From the NCBI GenBank assembly GCA_038046385.1, contig JBBSWH010000018.1, positions 1 to 20,054 of the forward strand: DNA of 20,054 bases, read 5' to 3'. Origin of the DNA: Nanobdellota archaeon (lineage in GTDB: Archaea > Nanobdellota > Nanobdellia > Woesearchaeales > GW2011-AR4). Under the pieces are notes generated by a model, which was not told where the DNA came from, searched no databases, and saw only the letters and a program-made list of their open reading frames with translations. Each line of letters starts with the position of its first letter. Within the stretch, counting starts at the first letter, position 1. Position numbers and translations under genes: made by a program. Shown one piece after another: positions 9,549-18,176 of the stretch.

Positions 9549-10085
9549 TTATTCATATAACTCTTTAGGGACTTTAAACTCTTTATCAGAAAAAACTATC
9601 TCTTCTGCCTGAGAAATCGCCTTTTTACATACGTCCGTCATATGATCATATTTGCTTTTAACCTCTTTGCTGGTGATAGATGAGCTATATCTTGCAGTCT
9701 CTCTTTCATCCACATCTGATTTTTCCTCTTTCGTGCTGTACACCGTTATTCTGTCTATAAATTTGTCGTCGTATTCTATCAATCCGCCATCTTTAGCGTA
9801 TCTTAGGAAAAAAGAAGTGCACTTCTGGCTTCTGCTTTCAATTCCGAATTTTGTCAGGATAGCCAACGCACAATAGTAAAGGGTGTAAAACCATTCTTCA
9901 GGGATCTTATAGTCAAATCCTTTTTCCTTATAGAAATCGCAAAGCTGCAAGTTCACTTTTGCTTTTTGAATATATCCTTCTGCTGCCTTATTGTCCGGTT
10001 TTCCAACAAGAAGTCCCTTATGCTTTTTGCCTTTCTTCTCATCCTTTGCGGCGAGCACAAAGCAATCTCTCACTTCTTTTTTCAC
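9549..10085 (-). CDS. HEPN-domain protein (toxin of a HEPN/MNT pair)
   Basis: YIQKAK.NL...FYTLYYCALAIL.KFGIESRSQKCT...RETARY; coupled to the MNT gene by a 4-nt overlap. Confidence 0.8.
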   Translation of the reverse strand: MKKEVRDCFVLAAKDEKKGKKHKGLLVGKPDNKAAEGYIQKAKVNLQLCDFYKEKGFDYKIPEEWFYTLYYCALAILTKFGIESRSQKCTSFFLRYAKDGGLIEYDDKFIDRITVYSTKEEKSDVDERETARYSSSITSKEVKSKYDHMTDVCKKAISQAEEIVFSDKEFKVPKELYE

Positions 10086-10681
10086 TTTCTTGATATCTCC
10101 CTTATGAACTTAATAAATTTTTCCTGCCCGAATAAGATTATCCCTTTCTTTATAGCATCAATAAATATTTTGTTCGGATTTTCAAGCTCCTTTTTCAATT
10201 CTGATTGTGTAAAATTCAATGCATGTATTTTTTTAATCTGTGTCTTCTGTATTTTTTTAAGTGATTCTTCTATTTCCAAAAATTTATTCTTATTAGTTAC
10301 TCCTACAATATCAATGTCATTAGCTTCTTTTGGAGAATGGATAATGCTGCCATAGATCAAGAGGAAGTCCACTTTATTCCTTAATTCCTCAAAATTGCTC
10401 AGCCACCTTTGATTTTTTTGGGCATCTTGGGTTAATGCAAGGGATAATGTCTTTTCTACAATGGGATTTTCCCAGTTCAGGCTTATGCTATTGGCACTTG
10501 TCTTGCCTTCACCTATTGGAGAAAGAGTGAGTAGTTTCTCTGCTTCTAGCTTCTTAAGGATCTTCCACGTTCCTACCCTGCTTAATCCTATTTCTTTAGC
10601 TAAGCCAGTTATGGTTGGATTTATTGTAAAATCCTTTAGCAAGATTTTCAGGATTTTGATGCTTGGCTTTGTTGTTTCCAT
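10082..10681 (-). CDS. wHTH-fused minimal nucleotidyltransferase (MNT antitoxin)
   Basis: TITGLAKEIGLSRVGTWKILKKLE HTH; LIYGS....EANDIDIV Pol-beta motif. Confidence 0.85.
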   Translation of the reverse strand: METTKPSIKILKILLKDFTINPTITGLAKEIGLSRVGTWKILKKLEAEKLLTLSPIGEGKTSANSISLNWENPIVEKTLSLALTQDAQKNQRWLSNFEELRNKVDFLLIYGSIIHSPKEANDIDIVGVTNKNKFLEIEESLKKIQKTQIKKIHALNFTQSELKKELENPNKIFIDAIKKGIILFGQEKFIKFIREISRK

Positions 10682-10684
10682 TTT

Positions 10685-10724
10685 GTTAATAGTTATTAAC
10701 TGATGGTTAATACATGTATTTAAA
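10685..10724 (-). promoter_or_regulatory. Overlapping inverted repeats (putative autorepression operator) and TATA box of the MNT-HEPN operon
   Basis: GTTAATA-GT-TATTAAC (10685-10700) overlapping TATTAAC-TGATG-GTTAATA (10694-10712); minus-strand TTTAAATA at 10717-10724. Confidence 0.55.
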
Positions 10725-10803
10725 GGTTTTGGTTGTTGGCTTGAATAAGAAGAAGGTTAGGGCTATGGCATTTGATGGATAGATAATCGAGCGACTCTTA
10801 TCA

Positions 10804-11037
10804 TTAATTTTCATTTTTTTGAGTATCACTATAGACTATTACACCAATAGCTCCCGCAGTCCACGAAAGAGAATTTTCAATTAGATTCATAACTGCTTCT
10901 GCTTCTTGTAAATGGGTTCTAGCAAATGTTTGATTTTTAGTTTTATATTGGATTGGTACTATTAAAATTCCTATTGCTTTTGGATTTATTTTTTGACCGG
11001 CAGCAATTTTAAGAAAATCGTGAACAACTCGTATAAC
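10804..11037 (-). pseudogene. 5'-truncated gene, possibly the C-terminal half of a BglII/BstYI-like restriction endonuclease
   Basis: 77 open codons VIRVVHDFLKIAAGQKINPKAIGILIVPIQ...AIGVIVYSDTQKNEN* beginning at the GTT of site 2, with no upstream start. Family call is by motif resemblance (D.LK...IGILIVP) only. Confidence 0.65.
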
Positions 11038-11118
11038 AATGGACTTTGGTGAAGTCGCCGAAGGCGATTTGGGTGGAGAAACCCGTAAGGTTTCAGAGTC
11101 GGTTAAGCCCTGTTAAAT
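11031..11118 (-). repeat. attC-like site 2
   Basis: GTATAAC-AATGGACTT..GAAGT-CGCCGAAGGCG-ATTTGGGTGGA-GAAACCCGTAAGGTTTC..TAAGCCCT-GTTAAAT. Confidence 0.8.
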
Positions 11119-11986
11119 GCCCCGACGACCGAAGGGAACCTTACTGTTCACCGGAACAAGGATTTGAGAGATTTATCGTTCTCTTTAGATAAATTTTGAA
11201 GGACCTGAAATATTAGTTCACAATTCGAAGCCCATATGCCTAATAAATGAAGTGAGATCCCCGCGTCCTAGAAGAAGATTCGGCATCTTGATGCTAGTAA
11301 CGTATGCTTCTCTCTCCTTATTGTTATCTTCTCTAACGTAGACTTTGATGAGCATACTGCAGGGGTATTCCTCTTCAGGATTTTTTGAGTCAACCCACGC
11401 ATCACTTGCTTTTTGGATGGCATCTGGGACGTAGTATCCGCTCCCAGAATCATAGAATGAAACCAGCATAGCCCCTTCAGGTGTAGCACTTATGAAATAA
11501 TCATCATGGGAATGCTTCCAGCGGCGACGCAGATCTCCAGAAGCAACTTCCCCGCGCGGATTAATTATTGGAGCCAACAGCCCGGGATAGAATCTTAGTG
11601 AGATGTCATAAGGACTCTCATCTCCTTCATCGGAAAGACTCTCTCTTTTCAAGTACTTAACCTGGATAAACTCTTGAATTTGGATGTTATGAGGAGGATT
11701 TCCACTGTAAAAATGATTCACTCCTTGCGGAAACAGAAGCCAGTACTCGGCGCTTGAGTTATGAAGAACAGCGCCTAATCCAGGCATAGTTTTTAGCGGC
11801 AATTGCTGATGGAGACTTAAGAATTCTTCAATCCCGAGCGCATCAAAACCACCTTCCCTAATTCTTTCCAGAGTCGCATTAAAAGCCTGTGCGATATTAT
11901 TTTCCAAAGGCATACTACTGGGAAGTAATCCTTAGTTTATAACGGTTTTGAAACATCCACCGGATATTGACACGCGAGGTATTTAA
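11037..11986 (-). mobile_element. Gene cassette B (single unknown gene)
   Basis: Ends GTTAAATGCCCCG (11112-11124) and CGAGGTATTTAAC (11975-11987) are complementary with one G-T and one mismatch. Confidence 0.7.
11218..11913 (-). CDS. Hypothetical cassette protein
   Basis: 231-aa ORF filling cassette B; TTATAAA TATA-like box about 23 nt upstream. Confidence 0.8.
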   Translation of the reverse strand: MPLENNIAQAFNATLERIREGGFDALGIEEFLSLHQQLPLKTMPGLGAVLHNSSAEYWLLFPQGVNHFYSGNPPHNIQIQEFIQVKYLKRESLSDEGDESPYDISLRFYPGLLAPIINPRGEVASGDLRRRWKHSHDDYFISATPEGAMLVSFYDSGSGYYVPDAIQKASDAWVDSKNPEEEYPCSMLIKVYVREDNNKEREAYVTSIKMPNLLLGRGDLTSFIRHMGFEL

Positions 11987-12095
11987 CATCGCGGTTTTCT
12001 GAAGTTTTTTGGCGAGGCATCCCACGCCAAAAAATTTGGGAGAGCTACGAACGAGCTTGGCGAGCGAGAAGTGAGCCAGTTAACCGCTGTTAAAT
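11981..12095 (-). repeat. attC-like site 3
   Basis: ATTTAAC-ATCGCGGTT..GAAGT-TTTTTGGCG..CGCCAAAAA-ATTTGGGAGAG..TAACCGCT-GTTAAAT; GCGGTT/AACCGC pair perfectly. Confidence 0.82.
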
Positions 12096-12260
12096 GCCTT
12101 TGCCCTGCGGAGTGGGGCAAAGTTTCGTTCGAAAAGTTCGAAAACCCGCCGTACGTAAATCCCCGTTGTCGCCGCAGCCCCCTCTTAGACTACCACTGGA
12201 CATCTCTGGGCAAGGTTTATAAAGCAGTTCTATATAATATATGAAAATAAAGGAAGGGAT

Positions 12261-13118
12261 ATGCCAAACAATATTTTAAGGGGAATCTTGAATATAGCTT
12301 CATTTAAGAATAATGACCTAAAAGGCTATGCTTCTACTTACTTAAATAGAATCAATGCAGTTGGTGAACAATTAGAATTTTACATTAAAGATGCAATTGC
12401 CTCTTCCTTCAAGCTGCCTCATGAAAAAAAGCAAGAAGCATATTCTAAAGTTTTTGCTTGGCTTGGCAACCAAAACCACCCTCCAGACATTATAATCAAG
12501 AATGGGGACGCTTTTGAGATAAAGAAAATTGAAAGCTTAAAAAGTGCGCTTGCCTTGAATAGCTCTCCGCCAAAAAATAATCTTCTTGCTGATGACATCA
12601 GAATAACAGCTGACTGCAAAAAATGTGATGGTGGAAATTGGAAAGAAAAAGAGTTATTTTACGTTATTGGCAATGCCAAAGGAGGCATTATAAATTACCT
12701 TTTCTTTGTTCATGGCACTTGTTACGCCGCGGATCATGAAGTTTATGAGAAAGTTCACAGCCCAATAAAAAAAGAAGTTGATTTTGTCCTTGATTCTCTT
12801 GGATTGGAAAAGGGCGAAACTGTAGAATTAGGAAAAGTTAAAAGAGTAGACCCTCTTGGAATCACTGAACTAAGAATCAGGGGGATGTGGAGCATAGAAA
12901 ATCCACTTAATGTTTTTGAAGACTTTTGCCAAATTGAAGATAACAAATTTCATTTATTTGCGTTAATAAGGAAAGATAAGTATCTTTCTTATCCTAAAGA
13001 AGACATCAAAGAATTGGAGTCCAATAAGGAAATTTCTGTTAAAGACGTAAAAATTAAAAGCCCAAATAACCCTGCTAATCTAATGGAGGCAAAGCTAATA
13101 GCTTTTACAATAAAATGA
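12261..13118 (+). CDS. Type II restriction endonuclease, NgoPII family (likely GGCC)
   Basis: NRINAVGEQLEFYIKD, LGNQNHPPDIIIKNGDAFEIKKIES, LALNSSPPK, VDPLGITELRIRGMWSIENP; overlaps a C5 MTase gene. Confidence 0.88.
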   Translation: MPNNILRGILNIASFKNNDLKGYASTYLNRINAVGEQLEFYIKDAIASSFKLPHEKKQEAYSKVFAWLGNQNHPPDIIIKNGDAFEIKKIESLKSALALNSSPPKNNLLADDIRITADCKKCDGGNWKEKELFYVIGNAKGGIINYLFFVHGTCYAADHEVYEKVHSPIKKEVDFVLDSLGLEKGETVELGKVKRVDPLGITELRIRGMWSIENPLNVFEDFCQIEDNKFHLFALIRKDKYLSYPKEDIKELESNKEISVKDVKIKSPNNPANLMEAKLIAFTIK

Positions 13119-14155
13119 AAATAGCATCATTTTTTTCAGGAGCCGGAGGATTGGATTTAGGCTTTACTAATGCAGGCTTTAAGCTAGCTTTTGCAAATGA
13201 CAATTGGGAAGGCTGCTGGGAAACTTTTGAAAAAAACCATAAAATACCAATCAATAAAAAATCAATCACCAAAATAAAAGCTGATGAAGTCCCTGATGTT
13301 GTTGGATTTGTTGGCGGGCCGCCTTGCCAAAGCTGGAGCCTTGCCGGGGCGATGAGAGGAATAAATGACCCAAGGGGCAAAGTGTTTTATGACTATGTGA
13401 GGCTAATTAAAGGCAAAAAGCCATTATTCTTTTTAGCTGAAAATGTTGCAGGGCTATTATCGAGCAGCCATTACCCTGAATTTATGAAAATAGTCAATGC
13501 TTTTAAGGGAATTGGATACAATGTTTCATTTAAAATGCTTGATGCAAATGATTATGGCGTTCCACAAGAAAGGAAAAGAGTAATTGTTGTTGGCTACCAT
13601 GAGAAATTAGGAAAAAAGTTTGAGTTTCCAAGCCCATTAAGCCAAAAGCTAACACTAAAAGATGCAATTTCTGATTTGCCAGAGGCCACTCCCGCAAGCC
13701 ATTATAATAAAACAAATGGAAAATTAGATATTTATAACCACGAATACATGAATGGCGGATTTTCTACTATTTATATGTCAAGAAACAGGGTAAGAAACTG
13801 GGATGAGCCTTCATTTACAATTCAAGCAGGCGGCAGGCATGCCCCTTGCCATCCAAAAGCCCCAAAAATGAAGCTAGTTGGGGAAGATAAAAGAGAATTT
13901 ATTAAAGGCAAAGAAAACCTTTATAGAAGATTATCAATAAGAGAATGTGCCAGGATACAAACGTTTCCGGATGATTTTGTATTTCATTATGATAATGTTG
14001 CTGATGGCTACAAGATGATTGGAAATGCTGTCCCTGTTAGATTGGCTGAAGCGCTGGCAAAGCAGATTATGAAAGACCTTAAAGAAATAAAAACCCAAGA
14101 AAAATGGCAGACAAATTTAGCAAGGCAAAAAGAAGCGCAATTATGTCTAGAATAA
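13115..14155 (+). CDS. dcm: DNA cytosine-5 methyltransferase (M.HaeIII/M.NgoPII-like)
   Basis: FSGAGG, GGPPCQSWS, ENV, QERKRV, TRD FSTIYMSRNRVR.WDEPSFTIQAGGRH, YKMIGNAVP. Confidence 0.96.
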   Translation: MKIASFFSGAGGLDLGFTNAGFKLAFANDNWEGCWETFEKNHKIPINKKSITKIKADEVPDVVGFVGGPPCQSWSLAGAMRGINDPRGKVFYDYVRLIKGKKPLFFLAENVAGLLSSSHYPEFMKIVNAFKGIGYNVSFKMLDANDYGVPQERKRVIVVGYHEKLGKKFEFPSPLSQKLTLKDAISDLPEATPASHYNKTNGKLDIYNHEYMNGGFSTIYMSRNRVRNWDEPSFTIQAGGRHAPCHPKAPKMKLVGEDKREFIKGKENLYRRLSIRECARIQTFPDDFVFHYDNVADGYKMIGNAVPVRLAEALAKQIMKDLKEIKTQEKWQTNLARQKEAQLCLE

Positions 14156-14511
14156 GGTCAAAAAATACTTCTTTAGAGGTTGAGTTCAGGAAGCTACTTT
14201 GGAAAAATGGTCTTGGGCGGTACCGCATTCATTATAACTTGCCCGGTAAGCCTGACATTGTTTATGTTTCTAAAAAAATTGTAATTTTTCTTGATGGCGA
14301 CTTTTGGCATGGCTACAATTGGAAAAAATTGGGCAAAGTGCCGCCTAGAAAATACTGGCAGAAGAAAATACAAAAAAATATTGACAGGGCTAAAAAATAC
14401 AACAAGATGCTTAAAAAAGATGGCTGGAAAGTTATTAGGATTTGGGAGCATGATGTGAAGGAAAGTCCCGAAGAGTGCATCAGCAAAATAATAAATATTC
14501 TTAATTTTTAG
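14104..14511 (+). CDS. vsr: Very short patch repair endonuclease
   Basis: MADKFSKAKRSAIMSRIRSKNT..E, LPGKPDIV, IFLDGDFWHG, GWKVIRIWEH. Confidence 0.95.
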   Translation: MADKFSKAKRSAIMSRIRSKNTSLEVEFRKLLWKNGLGRYRIHYNLPGKPDIVYVSKKIVIFLDGDFWHGYNWKKLGKVPPRKYWQKKIQKNIDRAKKYNKMLKKDGWKVIRIWEHDVKESPEECISKIINILNF

Positions 14512-14516
14512 TAAGG

Positions 14517-15035
14517 TTAGCATAATTTATTTTTCAAATAATCTACAAAAAACAATGCTGATTTGTATAACTCATAAATCTCTACTGAAGTTTTCTCTAA
14601 GAAGAAAGTAGCAAAATTTTGATGTATTAGCCTATCCCTTGTTAATCCTATTTCGAGGAAAGACTTAATCCCTTGCTCTAACTCTGGCGTTGATTTTACA
14701 TCGTCCTCAGCTTGTTTTTTAAATTCATCTCCAAAAATTTTAAAGAATCTATTGGCATTTTTGTCTGTGTCAAAGTCAAAATAAGTGTAGTATTGGCGAT
14801 TAATCCCCTTAAACTTACTAAAAAATACCAATCTGCCATCTTTTATTTTTGTTTCTACAAACTTATTCAATATATCCAAAATTTGTTGCTCAAAATAACT
14901 AGCAATCGCTATAACTAAAACTTTTTTAAAATTATTATCCGCCTCACTTCTCAGTGAAGGTTCTTCTTTTTCTTCTAAATAATGTAATAATTCCAAGTGC
15001 CTTTTATAGAATTCATCTATTATGCTGTCTACCAT
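14517..15035 (-). CDS. HEPN-domain protein (RiboL-PSP/MAE_28990-like)
   Basis: IASYFE N-terminal motif and RDRLIH (RxxxxH); directly downstream of the DUF262 gene. Confidence 0.8.
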   Translation of the reverse strand: MVDSIIDEFYKRHLELLHYLEEKEEPSLRSEADNNFKKVLVIAIASYFEQQILDILNKFVETKIKDGRLVFFSKFKGINRQYYTYFDFDTDKNANRFFKIFGDEFKKQAEDDVKSTPELEQGIKSFLEIGLTRDRLIHQNFATFFLEKTSVEIYELYKSALFFVDYLKNKLC

Positions 15036-15044
15036 TGAAAATGA

Positions 15045-16211
15045 TCATTGCAATAAAATTTCTTGGGCTCTTTTTATTCTTGTTAAGACATTCTTTTTAC
15101 TAGTGGTTTGTCTTTGAATTGCCTCACTAAAATCTTTGTCTTCCCTAAGTGTGTTAAGCTTATCAGCATCAATTACTTGAACATCAGTATCATCACTTTG
15201 ATAAGGTTCATATGTAGCAGCAACAAAAACAGCCTCAAACATTGAAACATTAAATTGACCTGATTGTGTTAAAAAAACTTTATTAGGTAAACCACCACAC
15301 GCATCTAAAAATTTTTCAAATAACTCTTTTAAGTTGTTTATTTTTTGTATAGTGAAGGTTTTACTTTTTTGAGAAAATGAATTAAGAAATTTAACCATTG
15401 AAGGCTTATAACTTTCATTTTCCATTAACATACCAAACCCCCTAACTATGATTTCTATATCCTTCATATGTAAATCTGGTTCTGGTTTTGTTAATCTTCT
15501 CCACTTACTATCCAAGTTTAATTTTGAAAGCATATCATAGAAATCTGAATGGTATAAACTAGCTCTTATTTCTTGTGGATTTAAATTCATCCCGCCAGTG
15601 TTTAACCTGTAAAATATTTCGTACATTGCAGAATGATCGTCTGGTGGATGACTTTGTTTTATTATAACAATTCTTATAGTTCTTAAGTCGAATGTTTTTT
15701 TATCATTATCCTCTAAAGTTGAATAATTTAAATCATCTAGCCTGTTATTAAGTTCAGGAACTAGTTCCGTCAGCTTTAGATTAAAATCTGTAAAATAATT
15801 ATTATTTTCAAGGAGCCTATCTGGAATTTTACCTTCAGTGTCAAAGACTTTTCTTAATTCAATCCTCTTATCTGGTCTAGGGAATCTTTTTTTAATAAAA
15901 TAATAGATTGTCATAAGTCTTTGTTGACCATCTATTACCAGAAAGTCATTCTTATCCTTTTCGTATAAAAATACTTGAGGAACTGGCAACCCCATAATTA
16001 TGGACTCTATTAATTTGGAAGCTCTTTTTATGTCCCAAACATAATTTCTTTGAAACCCGGGAATCTTAACTATGCCCTTTTCCATAAAATCAAATATGGT
16101 TTTTGTATTAAAATCATTTGGAGATGAAGTTATATTATATTCTAGAGGTGTATCTTCTCCTTCATAATCATCTTCCTCAGGCATTACCCAATTTTCTTCA
16201 TTATTTGCCAT
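15045..16211 (-). CDS. DUF262 (GmrSD/ParB-like) domain protein
   Basis: IPGFQRNYVW, LIESIIMGLPVP, VIDGQQRL, IFYRLNTGGMNLNPQEIR. Confidence 0.92.
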   Translation of the reverse strand: MANNEENWVMPEEDDYEGEDTPLEYNITSSPNDFNTKTIFDFMEKGIVKIPGFQRNYVWDIKRASKLIESIIMGLPVPQVFLYEKDKNDFLVIDGQQRLMTIYYFIKKRFPRPDKRIELRKVFDTEGKIPDRLLENNNYFTDFNLKLTELVPELNNRLDDLNYSTLEDNDKKTFDLRTIRIVIIKQSHPPDDHSAMYEIFYRLNTGGMNLNPQEIRASLYHSDFYDMLSKLNLDSKWRRLTKPEPDLHMKDIEIIVRGFGMLMENESYKPSMVKFLNSFSQKSKTFTIQKINNLKELFEKFLDACGGLPNKVFLTQSGQFNVSMFEAVFVAATYEPYQSDDTDVQVIDADKLNTLREDKDFSEAIQRQTTSKKNVLTRIKRAQEILLQ

Positions 16212-16327
16212 AAATACTGGAGGTCTTTAACAGTTTAAATTATTTACTATTATTTATCGCACTAAGTAGGTGACAACATAAAGGGGATTTACGTTTTAGT
16301 ATCAGGGTAGGCGGGTTTTCGAATTGC

Positions 16328-16466
16328 ATTTAACATCGGCGTTTGGCGAAGTTTCTAGGGCGTGCTTTAAAGCAAGGCTAGGGAGTTGCGAAGCAAAAAT
16401 TTGGGTGGAGTGGAGTTCGGCTACGAAGTGGACGAACGGAACGTAACCTCATAATTCCTGTTAGCC
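16328..16466 (-). repeat. attC-like site 4
   Basis: ATTTAAC-ATCGGCGTTTGGCGAAGT...ATTTGGGTGGAG (16399)...TAATTCCT-GTTAGCC. Confidence 0.82.
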
Positions 16467-16558
16467 GACCGAGCCTACGAAGTGGGCGAGGCTTGAGTTT
16501 TCTTACTGCCGAGAATCAGATAGGTGCCGTAGTTTTTACTTACTTTAATATCAATAAC

Positions 16559-17513
16559 TGCGAAGCAGAGTATTGTTTAGAGAGAGCTTTTTTTATCGAA
16601 ATCTTGATTGTTATTTATGTATTCGTTTGAATAATTTTTCAATATTAACCATGACATTATCAATATGTTTTTTAAGTAGTTTAACTATTAGGTATCTTCC
16701 AATAGCAATTATTACAATTGTAAAAAATACGTATGACCATTTAAATGAATAACTAAAAGCCACTCCTGGTTTATAATAATTTAATGTATTTTGAGACATG
16801 GATTCATCTAGAAGAGATTTATCATAAGATAGAATTAGTTGCCCATCAAGGTAATCTTCATTTGCTGGCTTTGATATAATGGGATTATAACTTCTTTTAA
16901 ATAAAAAACATTCTGGCAAAATTAGATTTATTTTCCTTATTCTGTTATCTAGCATGATGGTTTCGAAGGTAAATTGCTTTTTACCATCAATTTTTTTTAC
17001 ATAGTCTTTAACTTCATATGCAGTAATTAGATAAAACTCATTGAAAGGGGGAATTTTAGTATTAGAAATGTCCAATATATAATAATTGAAAGCATCATCA
17101 TTGTAGTAATAAAATTGATTTGAACGATCAATTTGGTTATTGTCTATGGATTTAATTAACTGTGAATTCAATATTTTATTTACACCAAAGGTATAATAGT
17201 TTTCTTTCAAGTCTAGTATAGAATTATTATAATTAGGTATATGGAAATGTCTTGTTACAGTTATATCGTTAGAGAAGCAATGTAATTTAAGTTCTATGTC
17301 AGTAAATGATTTGATGTCGTTAATTCCTGCAGATGAAAAACTAGATAATAAAAGGATGAATATGATTAAACTGATGATTGTTTTCATTATATAATGGATT
17401 GTTTAGTTATATATAAAACATTTGATACTCTATTAACTGTTCTGAACTAATTAATTTATTAAAGGAAAATAATCTTTAATAAATCATTGCGAAGCAGACT
17501 AGTGTTTAGAGAG
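16559..17513. repeat. 26-bp imperfect direct repeats flanking the 258-aa gene
   Basis: TGCGAAGCAGAGTATTGTTTAGAGAG (16559-16584) vs TGCGAAGCAGACTAGTGTTTAGAGAG (17488-17513), 24/26 identical. Confidence 0.8.
16611..17387 (-). CDS. Exported protein with signal peptide and C-terminal TM anchor, function unknown
   Basis: MKTIISLIIFILLLSSFSSA signal-like N-terminus; YVFFTIVIIAIGRYLIV TM followed by a basic tail. Confidence 0.8.
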   Translation of the reverse strand: MKTIISLIIFILLLSSFSSAGINDIKSFTDIELKLHCFSNDITVTRHFHIPNYNNSILDLKENYYTFGVNKILNSQLIKSIDNNQIDRSNQFYYYNDDAFNYYILDISNTKIPPFNEFYLITAYEVKDYVKKIDGKKQFTFETIMLDNRIRKINLILPECFLFKRSYNPIISKPANEDYLDGQLILSYDKSLLDESMSQNTLNYYKPGVAFSYSFKWSYVFFTIVIIAIGRYLIVKLLKKHIDNVMVNIEKLFKRIHK

Positions 17514-17687
17514 GGGGCTGTTTTTGGTTCTTTTTCTGAAAAAGAAAATTTATGCTAGGACATTAGGGAGTGATTCAAACGTCCTAACTCACTAAGTAGT
17601 AGATTGGTAATCTACCGAGTTTGACAACTTCTCTACCCCAGTATATTAGATATGAGAATAAATAATTAATTTGAAATATTTTAACAT

Positions 17688-18176
17688 TTAAAATTTTTGT
17701 TCAAATAGCTCATCTAGTAAGTCATATATTGATTTAAAGTCCTTAAACTTTTTAGGCTTTTTGATGCACTTCTGTAAAGAACTCTTGTCTAGGTTTCTAA
17801 TTTCTTCAATTAGTTGCCTACTTAAATTAGGTTTTTTATCTCTATACACTTTTCTTGTTTTATGACAATCCAAGAAACCTTCAAAATTTTCTTCACTAAA
17901 ATAGATATAATTTTTATGTTCTTTAATTTCATCAGTTATCTTCTTTTGATTCTTGAAAGTGTCTGAATCGTAAACATAAACTATTATTACAGATAAGCCT
18001 TTTAAAAATTTTGATTTTCTTATGGCATTCACTATATCATTTGTTTTAGAATTGGGCTTTAATACATAATTATTTGAGATTATTTTGTTACCCTTTAATG
18101 CTTCAAAATAGTTTTTTTCAGAATCCCCTTCACAATATATGTGAACTATTTTTTTACTCATTCTCTTTATATACAT
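17688..18176 (-). CDS. RloB/AbiLii-like (TOPRIM-like) protein
   Basis: IYCEGDSEKNYF, YVYDSD and SEENFE motifs; overlaps the ATPase gene (start probably ATG 18161). Confidence 0.8.
   Translation of the reverse strand: MYIKRMSKKIVHIYCEGDSEKNYFEALKGNKIISNNYVLKPNSKTNDIVNAIRKSKFLKGLSVIIVYVYDSDTFKNQKKITDEIKEHKNYIYFSEENFEGFLDCHKTRKVYRDKKPNLSRQLIEEIRNLDKSSLQKCIKKPKKFKDFKSIYDLLDELFEQKF

Larger units (their letters stand above)
9251..11036 (-). mobile_element. Gene cassette A (HEPN + wHTH-MNT + truncated gene), one end lost
   Basis: Lies between sites 1 and 2. Its cores do not match (GTTAAGT vs GTATAAC) and a headless ORF abuts site 2. Confidence 0.55.
11987..16333 (-). mobile_element. Gene cassette C (R-M + Vsr + DUF262/HEPN, 4.3 kb)
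   Basis: Ends GTTAAATGC (12089) and GCATTTAAC (16326) are exact complements, followed by further 14-, 12- and 9-bp complementary blocks. Confidence 0.75.

Noticed and set aside
12089-16334. Composite transposon or IS with terminal inverted repeats
   Set aside because: No transposase and no target-site duplication; the inverted blocks are interrupted by hairpins and differ between cassettes.
17556-17615. Local hairpins (TAGGAC/GTCCTA; GTAGATT-GGT-AATCTAC) and CACTAAGTAG shared with 16260 as a sixth site
   Set aside because: Lacks the TAAC...CTGTTA arms and ATTTGGG; the 10-bp match alone is too weak.
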